Origin: Gammaproteobacteria bacterium
GTDB taxonomy: Bacteria; Pseudomonadota; Gammaproteobacteria; Pseudomonadales; JAUIET01
Assembly (NCBI GenBank): GCA_030431775.1
Contig: JAUIHW010000001.1
Coordinates: 3,246-67,245 of the forward strand
Direction of reading: 5' to 3'
DNA: 64,000 nt
Made by a program: the position numbers and the translations under genes
The notes under the pieces: model-generated
The model's database searches: none
Seen by the model: the letters and a program-made list of their open reading frames with translations, nothing else
Told to the model about the DNA's origin: nothing
In this document: positions 28,986 through 37,849 of the stretch, piece by piece
How positions within the stretch are numbered: position 1 is the stretch's first letter
Layout of the letters: the number at the start of each line of letters is the position of its first letter

Positions 28986-31418
28986 ATGCGCATTCTTTAC
29001 AGGGTCTACAGCAGGTGCAGGCTTGGTTATATTGCTGGGGTATGTTTGCTCCTGGTCGCTTGTGACCACGGGATTGATATTGAGGGTGAAGGGCGGGTTG
29101 TCTCCGCTTCCGGCATTCGCGATTGCAATTGGGAAGAAGCCCCATGCCTGTTTACAATCCGAGGAGCTTACAACGAAATATATACCGCTGAGCCGTCGGA
29201 AGGTTGGACATTTGTTGAATGGCGGAAATGCGGTCCGACTGAAGGCAGGCAATGTGTATTTAATGTACCTGCTGATGTGGTACAACGTTTTGAAGGGCGA
29301 CAAATGGCGCCGTCCGTCGCTGTTTTTGAACGGTTGGCGAAAGGCGTTGAAGTGCCAGCGTTTGAAACGCTCACGGAACAAACCGTTGATGAACAAGGCG
29401 GGTTGGTGAATGCCGGTGGACTGGAGGTTGTTATTCCACCCGGGGCATTGGACGAGTCTATGGAGATTCGAATCGAGGTGTCGGACGAGGAAGTATTCGC
29501 CGACGATCAAATCGGCCCCACCTATCGTGTGAGTGGCTTCTCAAGCTTACCTGAAGAAGACCTCGAGCTTAGCATCGATTCTGCCGGGATGTATGACGAC
29601 TCCATGTTGATTATGCTTGGCTTCCCCGGGTTTGCAGCAGATCTAGGGGTTGAAGCGATTGGTCGAACATTTGTTGAGGCTCAGCTGGTTAATGGACGAG
29701 TACGCATAAAGCTGCCAACCAACAGTGATGCAGACCCTGCAGTATCAGACCCGGAATTGGACATTGAAGTGGAAGACTCTGACCTGATCGGTTTTGCTCC
29801 CAAGCAGCGGGCTGAAATCAGCCCCGGGATCGGTAGTGTGATTATTGCTGGCGCACAAGGCTGGTCTTTTCAGCTGAGTGAACACTTCAAGGTATTTTAT
29901 CCCCTGTTAGGCTCGTTCACAAACGCTCAGGTATCGGTGCTTGTGGACGCGTTGGAAGAGGCATATACACGATACGAGCAAATGGGCTACGACCTTACCG
30001 GGCGAAAATACCCGGTGCAGGTCACTCTGGTTAAGGACCTCAGTGGCGACGGTTTCACAAACCAAAGTGGGTGGGGTGTGAACTCGGATGCCATACAGAT
30101 CAAGCTGGACCTGCTTGCGCAACCGGGAACTCTTAGGCTATCGGCGGCACATGAGTTTTTCCACATCGTGCAAAACCTTCACGACCCTAGAGGTTTTGTT
30201 AGTCGTGGTTATCCCCCACAACATTATTGGTTGAACGAAGCGACGGCTACGTGGGCGGAGAGCCTGTTTGAACCCGACCATGTTCCCAGCCCGCAGGCCC
30301 AGAACGAAATGGACCCTTTTATGGGCTTTCATAATGGAGTTGTTGGTGATGATAAAAAGTCGATAGCACGGGCACGGGCTTATGGATACGGTATGGCTGC
30401 GTATATCCGTTATCTTACGGATTTGGAGGGTAATGACTGGTTGCGGCGTTTGTATGCTCGCATAAAGACCGACGGTGTCAACACTGCCGCTGACTCGGTC
30501 AGTTTTCTAGACGATGCAATCACGTCTTCAGTTGCGGAAACCTGGCCTGCTTTTTTGCAAGCGTATTCTCAGGGTAGCCCGTATGATGTTTCTACCCGTG
30601 ATGCTATCGGCTCGCAACAGCGCAGATTTAGATTTGAAATCCTCGATAAGGAGGTTTTGAGCAGAACATTCACGCACAGCTTTCCGGACCTTGGCGGGGA
30701 ATGGTTTTCCGCCATCGTCCGTAAGCCCGATATTCTGCCTGAGAATGCATCCTTTCGAATTAGTGCAACCGGTGCCTTTACGGATATCGTGGCATTCAAG
30801 TTGGTAAATTCGGCAACGCCGCTGCAGTTTTTGGGAGCAGGGCGAGGTGCCGTCGTAGTTCCCAATATCGACAAATTTTCAGCGGGTCAACAAGTATTCG
30901 CGCTGGTCAGCAATAGCAGGGCTTTGCCACCGTACACGGAATTCACTGAGCAAACAGTATCAATGGCGGTTATCGATGCGATTAAAATTCTGGCAATTCA
31001 GAATCGAGGTGAAACGGTGTTTAATGAGAATCCAACTGCCGACGATATTTCCAGAGCAGATATTCAGCTCGCCGGGTCGCCTGAAGCTCTGACGATTGGG
31101 CTGCGTTTCGATAATGCGGTTTCACTTAGTGTTGTGCAAAATTTCCCGTTGGTAACGAACCCGCAGGATGCGTTTCTTTATGGGATATCCGGGGTAGATA
31201 CAACACCGGCCGACTGTTTCGAGTTGGATTGCATCAGCAGTGCGACACTGCCCACCAGTATTCAATACGGAGACTACTCAATAGCACAAACTGAAGTACT
31301 GTCCGGGTCTCCTGGTAATGTGACTCCATTACAATCTGGAGGAATATATGCGGTGCAGGTATTGACAAACGATGAGAGCGGCGCGCAAATTGTCTTTCAG
31401 TTTGACGATGAATCCTAA
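28986..31418 (+). CDS. Surface lipoprotein: Cys-rich N-terminal module, ZU5-like region and HEXXH zinc-metallopeptidase domain
   Basis: Lipobox LVAC; IPPGAL (ZU5-like); AAHEFFH with downstream WLNEATATWAE (gluzincin-like third ligand). Confidence 0.7.
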   Translation: MRILYRVYSRCRLGYIAGVCLLLVACDHGIDIEGEGRVVSASGIRDCNWEEAPCLFTIRGAYNEIYTAEPSEGWTFVEWRKCGPTEGRQCVFNVPADVVQRFEGRQMAPSVAVFERLAKGVEVPAFETLTEQTVDEQGGLVNAGGLEVVIPPGALDESMEIRIEVSDEEVFADDQIGPTYRVSGFSSLPEEDLELSIDSAGMYDDSMLIMLGFPGFAADLGVEAIGRTFVEAQLVNGRVRIKLPTNSDADPAVSDPELDIEVEDSDLIGFAPKQRAEISPGIGSVIIAGAQGWSFQLSEHFKVFYPLLGSFTNAQVSVLVDALEEAYTRYEQMGYDLTGRKYPVQVTLVKDLSGDGFTNQSGWGVNSDAIQIKLDLLAQPGTLRLSAAHEFFHIVQNLHDPRGFVSRGYPPQHYWLNEATATWAESLFEPDHVPSPQAQNEMDPFMGFHNGVVGDDKKSIARARAYGYGMAAYIRYLTDLEGNDWLRRLYARIKTDGVNTAADSVSFLDDAITSSVAETWPAFLQAYSQGSPYDVSTRDAIGSQQRRFRFEILDKEVLSRTFTHSFPDLGGEWFSAIVRKPDILPENASFRISATGAFTDIVAFKLVNSATPLQFLGAGRGAVVVPNIDKFSAGQQVFALVSNSRALPPYTEFTEQTVSMAVIDAIKILAIQNRGETVFNENPTADDISRADIQLAGSPEALTIGLRFDNAVSLSVVQNFPLVTNPQDAFLYGISGVDTTPADCFELDCISSATLPTSIQYGDYSIAQTEVLSGSPGNVTPLQSGGIYAVQVLTNDESGAQIVFQFDDES

Positions 31419-31424
31419 GCCTGA

Positions 31425-32060
31425 ATGGATGAACCAAACACCGACCTCAGTGCATTGAAGGTGTTGATTGCCGAAGACCAGACGCTTTTACGCCAGGCAC
31501 TGGTTGCGCTGCTGGAAACGGAAACGGGCGCGATTACGGAAACTGCCAATGGCAATGATGCCCTTGAGCTGCTAACTGCCGCAGAGTTTGATTTAGCCTT
31601 ATTGGATATAGGCTTGCCAGGCCGAAGCGGGCTTGAAGTGCTTGCTGAGGTAAAGCGTGCTCAGCCCGCCATCAAGGTGATCATTTTGACCGGCGACAGT
31701 GACAAGTATAAGGCTCACGACGTGATGACTCTTGGTGCTGATGGATTTATGTACAAAACTGTGCAGGCGGAAGAATTTCTACACTGCATAGTCGCTGTAA
31801 TGTCCGGTGATTACCAGTGGCCAGTGGGCACAGACTCGCAAATAAGTGAACGAGTTGACGACCAGCGTGAATTATTGACCAGAAGAGAAATACAAATAGT
31901 GAAGTTGATCGTGGAGGGCGCCAGCACCCGTGAGGTAGCGGATGCTCTATCGATCAGCGAGCATACTGTAAGAAAACATCGAGAGCATATCAATGCGAAA
32001 CTAGGCGTGCATTCACCCGCTGCGCTTGCCATGTACGCTATCAAAACAGGAATTGCCTGA
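31425..32060 (+). CDS. NarL/LuxR-family response regulator
   Basis: Receiver domain (AED, LLDIGLPG, T, K) plus LTRRE.QI..L...G....VA..LSISEHTVRKH HTH. Confidence 0.92.
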   Translation: MDEPNTDLSALKVLIAEDQTLLRQALVALLETETGAITETANGNDALELLTAAEFDLALLDIGLPGRSGLEVLAEVKRAQPAIKVIILTGDSDKYKAHDVMTLGADGFMYKTVQAEEFLHCIVAVMSGDYQWPVGTDSQISERVDDQRELLTRREIQIVKLIVEGASTREVADALSISEHTVRKHREHINAKLGVHSPAALAMYAIKTGIA

Positions 32061-32071
32061 CGCAGCGCGGC

Positions 32072-34507
32072 TTATTGAGGTGCCAGTTTTGTGATCAGAC
32101 GGGCAAGCTCGACTGGCTTGACAGGCTTGGTCAGTATTGGTAATTCGTGTTCTTTGATGCGCTGCAGAGTGGCTGCTTCGGTGGCGCCGGTCACGACAGC
32201 AGCCGGTATCTCTTTTCCAAAATGTTCGCGTAATTGTCGTATGGCTTCTACGCCGTCCTGGCCCAGCAAGTGGTAGTCCACCAGTAACAATTGCGGAGCT
32301 TTGATGCCGATACATTTAGCTTGCTGCAGGTCCTTGGCCACGGAAACCTGACATCCCCACTCTTCCAGCAATGATTGCAATGCGTCAATTACCTGAGGAT
32401 CATCGTCAATCGCCAGCACTTCGACTCCCTGGTGTTTAACTTTTTCTGTATCGGCGCGCGAATCGAGTCGGTTGGTTCCGGTCGGATTAACTGTCAAACT
32501 TGGTAGACTGACCTGAAATTCGCTGCCTTCGCCCAGGGTGGATTTTACGCTGACTTTGCCGTTCAGGGCCCTTGTAAATTCGCTGACAACATAAAGGCCC
32601 AGGCCATACCCAACGGCCAGTTCATTTTGCTCTATGGTCGAATAGGGCTCGAAAATTCTCTCAATATCTGCGTTGGCAATTCCCATGCCGTCGTCCCGAA
32701 TAGTGAATTGCCAGTTGCCATCGTTTTGCATTGCCACAACAGTAACCTGTTTGCTGGCAGCTTTTACGGCATTATCAATCAGGTTTCGAATAATACGTTG
32801 TGCCATCGCATAGTCGGTGACGAGTACACCAGCCTCGCAGTCGAGTTTTAGCTGAATGGCGTGCTGATCGAGGCGTATTTTGAATTCGTTCAATATGTTG
32901 CCTAGCATTTCTTGGACTGCAAACTTGCTGGCTTTTGGGGACTGGTTGCCGACTTCCAGTTGGGCAGTGTCCAGCGTGTCCTGTAATAAATTGCCCAGGC
33001 TCTGGATTGAGTTTGCCTGTTTATCGATGATGCCTTCCAGTTTCGCGTCCTGGTTACGCCGCTTGATGGCTGCGTTAAACATGGAAAGAGCATGCAGGGG
33101 TTGGCGCAGGTCGTGACTTGCGGCTGCGATAAACTGAATGCGCTCTTTTGCAACATTCTCCGCGCGAGCCGCGGCCGCTTTGAATGCATGGGTGCGTTCC
33201 TTGACTTGTGCTTCCAGCTGGAGATTGAGCTTTTCCAGAGCGTACGATGTGTCGCGCGCCTGCTCAAAGGTAGCGCGCAGTCGCTGCAGCAGGGCGTAGG
33301 AATAGCCCATACCCAGTAGCAGGAAGCCAAACGGTGTCAGATCGAAACCGTAGCTTTGGTCGGTATAAAGCAGCGCATCACTCAGCGCGGTACCGAAAAA
33401 CAACGCATTGGCAACTAAAACCGCTGTTGCTCCGCGCTGTTTTGCCAGTAGTGCGCGCAGCGTACAGACAATCGAATAGATGATTGACATGATGTTCAGC
33501 AAGATGGCGATATTTCGAGTTTTCGTGTAAATATGTTCAGGCAACAGTAATGCGATAACAGCAAGTAGAAAACTGCTGATAATCAGCAGCCAGGTGCCGT
33601 GTTTTGGAAAGTATTCTGTAAAAATCGCGCGAAAGAAAAGCAGGTAGATACCTGGGGCAATGGCGAGCGTGGCATAGCTAAGCATCAGGGTGCTCCAGTA
33701 TGCCGCATCCGGATAGAGCAGGTGGAAGTGAGGAACGACGTTGGCGATTCTCACTACCATGACAAAACACAATAAGCCAAACCACAAATGACTGCTGCCT
33801 TGTTCCCGGTGGTGGCGGTCAGCGAGGTAAATGATGCTGTGGAATAAACCGATGGCCAGAAGGATTCCTAGCGCAGCGGTGTAATACACCGTGAGGGCGC
33901 GAAGTGTTTGGTCTAACTCCTCACTGTTCCACACGGTGATTGGGTGTCCAGGCCCCCCATATGCGTGTGAGAAGTTGGCGACTTGCAGTACCAGCTCGGT
34001 TGTTTTGGGTGGTAAGGTAAAAACTCGGCTGACGTAATTGGCGGCGAAGCTTTCCCGTTTGCTGCTCGGTTGGCCGTTCTCTCCGAGCAAGGTTTCATTT
34101 GCATACAAGCGCCATGCCGAGTGCGGTGAAATCAGGTGCAGGGATAAATTTTTCTGTGCTTCCGGCAGTGCAATTTGCGCCCGGAAAGTTGCAACGCCAT
34201 AGGGTCCGTCCAGCGCAGGATGTTCGAGTTGATTCCAGCGTTGCGGTAATTCGAAATAGTCGCCAATATAATGCTGCCCGAAGTCGCCGGGATCCACCAA
34301 CTGCCCCCAAACTACCTGCCATCGACCGGCCAGTTCAAAAGGTAGCTGATGCAAGGTTGCGTTTGAGGTTAGGTCGAAATAGGTTGATGTTTCCGTGGAC
34401 AAATTGTCGGCCCGTTGCGACCCGCCTGCAATCAAGCTCGCCGGCATCGCCAGGAAAAGCGCTAACAGGCAAACAGCACAATGAGAGGCGTAATTGGATG
34501 TTTTCAT
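32072..34507 (-). CDS. Hybrid sensor histidine kinase (periplasmic domain + 7TM-DISM-like helices + HisKA/HATPase + receiver)
   Basis: ASHDLRQPL H-box, NLIDNA, DDGMGI, GYGLGL and a C-terminal receiver (IDDD, VDYHL, KP). Confidence 0.9.
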   Translation of the reverse strand: MKTSNYASHCAVCLLALFLAMPASLIAGGSQRADNLSTETSTYFDLTSNATLHQLPFELAGRWQVVWGQLVDPGDFGQHYIGDYFELPQRWNQLEHPALDGPYGVATFRAQIALPEAQKNLSLHLISPHSAWRLYANETLLGENGQPSSKRESFAANYVSRVFTLPPKTTELVLQVANFSHAYGGPGHPITVWNSEELDQTLRALTVYYTAALGILLAIGLFHSIIYLADRHHREQGSSHLWFGLLCFVMVVRIANVVPHFHLLYPDAAYWSTLMLSYATLAIAPGIYLLFFRAIFTEYFPKHGTWLLIISSFLLAVIALLLPEHIYTKTRNIAILLNIMSIIYSIVCTLRALLAKQRGATAVLVANALFFGTALSDALLYTDQSYGFDLTPFGFLLLGMGYSYALLQRLRATFEQARDTSYALEKLNLQLEAQVKERTHAFKAAAARAENVAKERIQFIAAASHDLRQPLHALSMFNAAIKRRNQDAKLEGIIDKQANSIQSLGNLLQDTLDTAQLEVGNQSPKASKFAVQEMLGNILNEFKIRLDQHAIQLKLDCEAGVLVTDYAMAQRIIRNLIDNAVKAASKQVTVVAMQNDGNWQFTIRDDGMGIANADIERIFEPYSTIEQNELAVGYGLGLYVVSEFTRALNGKVSVKSTLGEGSEFQVSLPSLTVNPTGTNRLDSRADTEKVKHQGVEVLAIDDDPQVIDALQSLLEEWGCQVSVAKDLQQAKCIGIKAPQLLLVDYHLLGQDGVEAIRQLREHFGKEIPAAVVTGATEAATLQRIKEHELPILTKPVKPVELARLITKLAPQ

Positions 34508-34570
34508 TCTTTGGCTATAGTAGCGGAGCTCTGGTTTGTGGCCAATGCAAGTTGGCGAGAATTGGTCGAT

Positions 34571-34592
34571 ATACGCACTTCTGCGTATGGGC
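34571..34592. promoter_or_regulatory. Palindromic regulator site ATACGCA-N4-TGCGTAT (copy 2)
   Basis: ATACGCACTTCTGCGTATGGGC in the divergent intergenic region between the kinase and the lipoprotein. Confidence 0.7.
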
Positions 34593-34664
34593 GCTCCGAA
34601 ACCCCTGTTTTACAGTGACGTTGTGTAAAATGCTAAACGGTGCGTGCAGAGCAGGAGCGGACAG

Positions 34665-36545
34665 GTGCAGTTTCAGAATCAGTGTCATTCGACAGGGAAA
34701 AAATTCAATGCAAGAAGGGTTTTGCAATGCTGCACACTTTTTCTGCTTGGTGCGTGGCTCGCTGCTTGCGAACATGGCGTTGAAATTGTGGGTCAGGGCC
34801 GAGTGGAATCCGCCTCAGGCACGCGCAATTGTACGGTCGAGCAATCGCCTTGCCGTTTTTTGGTGGAGTCCGCTTATCAGGAAACGTATACACCGGTACC
34901 GGCCGAGGGCTGGTTCTTTAAGGAGTGGCGTAATTGCGGTGACTCCAATCGCGCGAGTTGCTCGTTTGACATACCTGCCCGAATCGTAGCCGATAACGAG
35001 GGCCGATCCCTGCCATCAGTCGTCGCGGTGTTTGAGCAAATCAACGGCGTCACACTGTCCGACACTGTGGCATTTCCAGGCCAGTTTATCTCGGTACACA
35101 GTGCCGATATCCTTCCTGGCCGCACCGTGGAGGTGACCTTTGCTACCCTGGACGGTGCGGTGGAGTCGCTGGCCTATGCACCGGCGGTCGAACGTGGGGT
35201 CGTAACCCTGCCGGTGCCGCCGTTCATTGATGCACAGGGAAATTTTTCCGGTACCACAGTGGCCGTCACTGTGTCCGGAGAAACCGCTGCACAAAGTCTG
35301 GAAATCGAAGCTCCGAGCGGTTTGGGTGTCCCTACCAATGGGATGTTCTGGTTGAAAACCCAGTTGGACGCGCTGGAAAGCCTGCAATCAGCGATAACTA
35401 ATACGCAGGCAATTGGCGATCAGAATGGTGCCGATGTCAGTGCAGAACTGGCGCTTTTGCAGAGTAAAGTTGATGACATCAATCAAGCCATTACCCGTTT
35501 CGAAGAAAGCGGATTTGCTTCCTACAGTCTTGGTGACGGGGAGCTAGTGGAGTACAGCGGTGAAGCGCTGCAGCAATTGGACAATCTGATGCTGCATACA
35601 CTGATTGGGTTGAATGCCTATGTCGACGTTGAAACCGAGCCCGAAAGCAGCAATGTTGTTCTCCTGGAAAATGGGTCCTTCATTGCACGAAATCGGGTCA
35701 AGCCCGGTGCCTATCAACGCATTCTGGACAATATTCGCGAAGGCGCTGCGGCGGTGGAAAATGCCGGGAGCGATATTCAACCGGGTACCTTCGAATTCGT
35801 CACGAACATGGAAAGAAATATTCGGGAATCATTGAGAACTGGTAAAGAAAAGTCTGGCGAGTTCATTGCGGCGATGTCAGCGATTGTCACAGCCAGGGCA
35901 TTGGCAGCTGAGGCCGCTGGGGATGCCGCCCTAGCTAAAGTTGCTGAAGCGTTCAGCATTCATGTAGGCAACCTGAAAATTGCGTTTGCTGGAATCTCCG
36001 CTTCGGTCAGTGAAATCAATAGCGATTCAATAGTGAATCTGGGACAGACCACTTACGACGGCACTCGAGAGTTGATGAATCAGCTCGCCAATATGGCAAG
36101 CCAAATGGCCAAGACACAGCTACCACAATTGCTGGCGTTGGCCGATAACATCAATAACCTGGCGTCTGATTTGAAAACTGCTGTCGGGGGCCTGAAAGGC
36201 AAGTTTTGTGCAACCTTTCCTGATACCCGATTTTGCAAGATAGTTGGGTCAATCAGCGGGCGGTATTCGACCACATACGGCACCATGACCCTCAATCAAT
36301 CCGGCGTCACTGTGACCGGTGTGTACGATGGCGAGGACGGGCGGATACAAGGCAGCCGCAAAGGCAATACGGTTACCGGTTTCTGGTTGGAACCTAGTGC
36401 GGGTGTGCGTTGCGAAACGGCCAGGGGTGGTACACGCTACTGGGGGGACATCAGCTTTGATTTTACCGAAACTGGCTTCAGTGGTAGTTGGAACTACTGT
36501 GGTAACACCGGTGGCGGCAGCTGGCGAGGCACCGAGCTTCGCTAG
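34665..36545 (+). CDS. Surface lipoprotein sharing the N-terminal module of the 28986 protein; helical middle and Gly/Trp-rich beta C-terminus
   Basis: AGGAG RBS before the GTG; lipobox LAAC; the first ~95 mature residues align with the 28986 protein. Confidence 0.7.
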   Translation: MQFQNQCHSTGKKFNARRVLQCCTLFLLGAWLAACEHGVEIVGQGRVESASGTRNCTVEQSPCRFLVESAYQETYTPVPAEGWFFKEWRNCGDSNRASCSFDIPARIVADNEGRSLPSVVAVFEQINGVTLSDTVAFPGQFISVHSADILPGRTVEVTFATLDGAVESLAYAPAVERGVVTLPVPPFIDAQGNFSGTTVAVTVSGETAAQSLEIEAPSGLGVPTNGMFWLKTQLDALESLQSAITNTQAIGDQNGADVSAELALLQSKVDDINQAITRFEESGFASYSLGDGELVEYSGEALQQLDNLMLHTLIGLNAYVDVETEPESSNVVLLENGSFIARNRVKPGAYQRILDNIREGAAAVENAGSDIQPGTFEFVTNMERNIRESLRTGKEKSGEFIAAMSAIVTARALAAEAAGDAALAKVAEAFSIHVGNLKIAFAGISASVSEINSDSIVNLGQTTYDGTRELMNQLANMASQMAKTQLPQLLALADNINNLASDLKTAVGGLKGKFCATFPDTRFCKIVGSISGRYSTTYGTMTLNQSGVTVTGVYDGEDGRIQGSRKGNTVTGFWLEPSAGVRCETARGGTRYWGDISFDFTETGFSGSWNYCGNTGGGSWRGTELR

Positions 36546-36575
36546 CGCACAGTTGGCATCAGGCCTGCTCGGCCC

Positions 36576-37607
36576 TTATAACACTCCGCTAATGCTTTCT
36601 GCCCGTTGCCCATGCAGTTTAGCGTGGCACTCGGCCAGTATCGACAAGGCAATGCCTTCCGGTAAATCCCCGCCCAGCTGCAATCCGGCCGGGCCGGCCA
36701 GTGGCGCGGGCAGATCAGCGACACTCAGTTGTGCGATGTCCAGCACCCGGTCGCGCCGCTCTTTAGGGCCAAGAAGGGCGATGTAGCGGGCCTGAGTGTG
36801 TTGCAGCACAGCCAGTGCGGCGGCATCGAGGCTGAGCTTATGACTCATCAGAATGGCGGCGTCCAGGTCTGCCAGTTGCCCGCTGTGCAAAAGCGTGTCC
36901 GGTTGGCATTTTCCAATGTGGGCCGCACCCGGAAAGTGTTCGGCACGGGCATTGGCCGGGCGGGGGTCGCAGACAATCACGTGCCAGCCCAGAGTTGCCG
37001 CCATTTCAACCACTGGGCGTGCATCAATGCCGCCACCTACCACCAGCAGCTTCGGTGGTGGCCGCAGGGGGTTGATAAACCACTGTTGGCCGTCGAGCTC
37101 GGCCAATTGTGGGTGGCTGAGTTCGTTCAGCGCTTGCAGCCCGGCGGGGTAATCGACCGCTGCGCCAAGCAGGTAGGCGTCACTGCCGCCTGTGCTGCCT
37201 GGCAGGCTGTGACACAAGGTCACCGTACGACGCTCCTGCAGAGCTTCGTGCACGCTGGGCAGGTGCAGATAAGCGTTGTCGGAGGTCACAGGCTGCAACA
37301 GCAGGTCGATACTGCCACCGCAGCCAATGCCCAGCTGATAGGCGATGTCGTCTTCATCGCTGCCGTCGTAGGTCAGCGTCATCGCTTGTTGACGATGCTC
37401 GACTTTGCGGGCGTTCAAAGCGATATCGGCTTCCAGGCAACCACCACTTAGCAGCCCCAGCTGCTGGCCGTCGCCGCCAAACAACATGATCGCCCCGGCC
37501 TTGCGGTACACTGGCCCACGCGTGGCGACCACCGTGCCAAGCACCCAGCTGCAGTCATCACGTAGGGGAAACCATTCCTTAAGTAGCGATAAAGTCTGTA
37601 AGCTCAT
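36576..37607 (-). CDS. XdhC/CoxI family molybdoenzyme accessory protein
   Basis: YRKAGA, LSGGCLE, GIGCGG, GGG.DARP, YIALLGP..R, PAGLQLGG.LPE.IALSI. Confidence 0.9.
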   Translation of the reverse strand: MSLQTLSLLKEWFPLRDDCSWVLGTVVATRGPVYRKAGAIMLFGGDGQQLGLLSGGCLEADIALNARKVEHRQQAMTLTYDGSDEDDIAYQLGIGCGGSIDLLLQPVTSDNAYLHLPSVHEALQERRTVTLCHSLPGSTGGSDAYLLGAAVDYPAGLQALNELSHPQLAELDGQQWFINPLRPPPKLLVVGGGIDARPVVEMAATLGWHVIVCDPRPANARAEHFPGAAHIGKCQPDTLLHSGQLADLDAAILMSHKLSLDAAALAVLQHTQARYIALLGPKERRDRVLDIAQLSVADLPAPLAGPAGLQLGGDLPEGIALSILAECHAKLHGQRAESISGVL

Positions 37608-37849
37608 TCACCCATGCTGTTCGCTGACCAGCGCAGCGCCCTGTAATAAACACGCGAGTGTATCGTAAATGAGGCCGTCATCGACAGGTTCAACGCCGAT
37701 TTGAATGGGGCGAGCGTGTGGGTCGGTCTCTTGCGGTGTTAATAGGTGGTGTGCAGTTAACAAGCCCCGCCAGTCTGGCGCAAGGTTCTTGCGGTGGTTT
37801 TATAAACATCTTTGTGTTTATACTTCTATCCAAAAAAAGGAGTAGCTCA

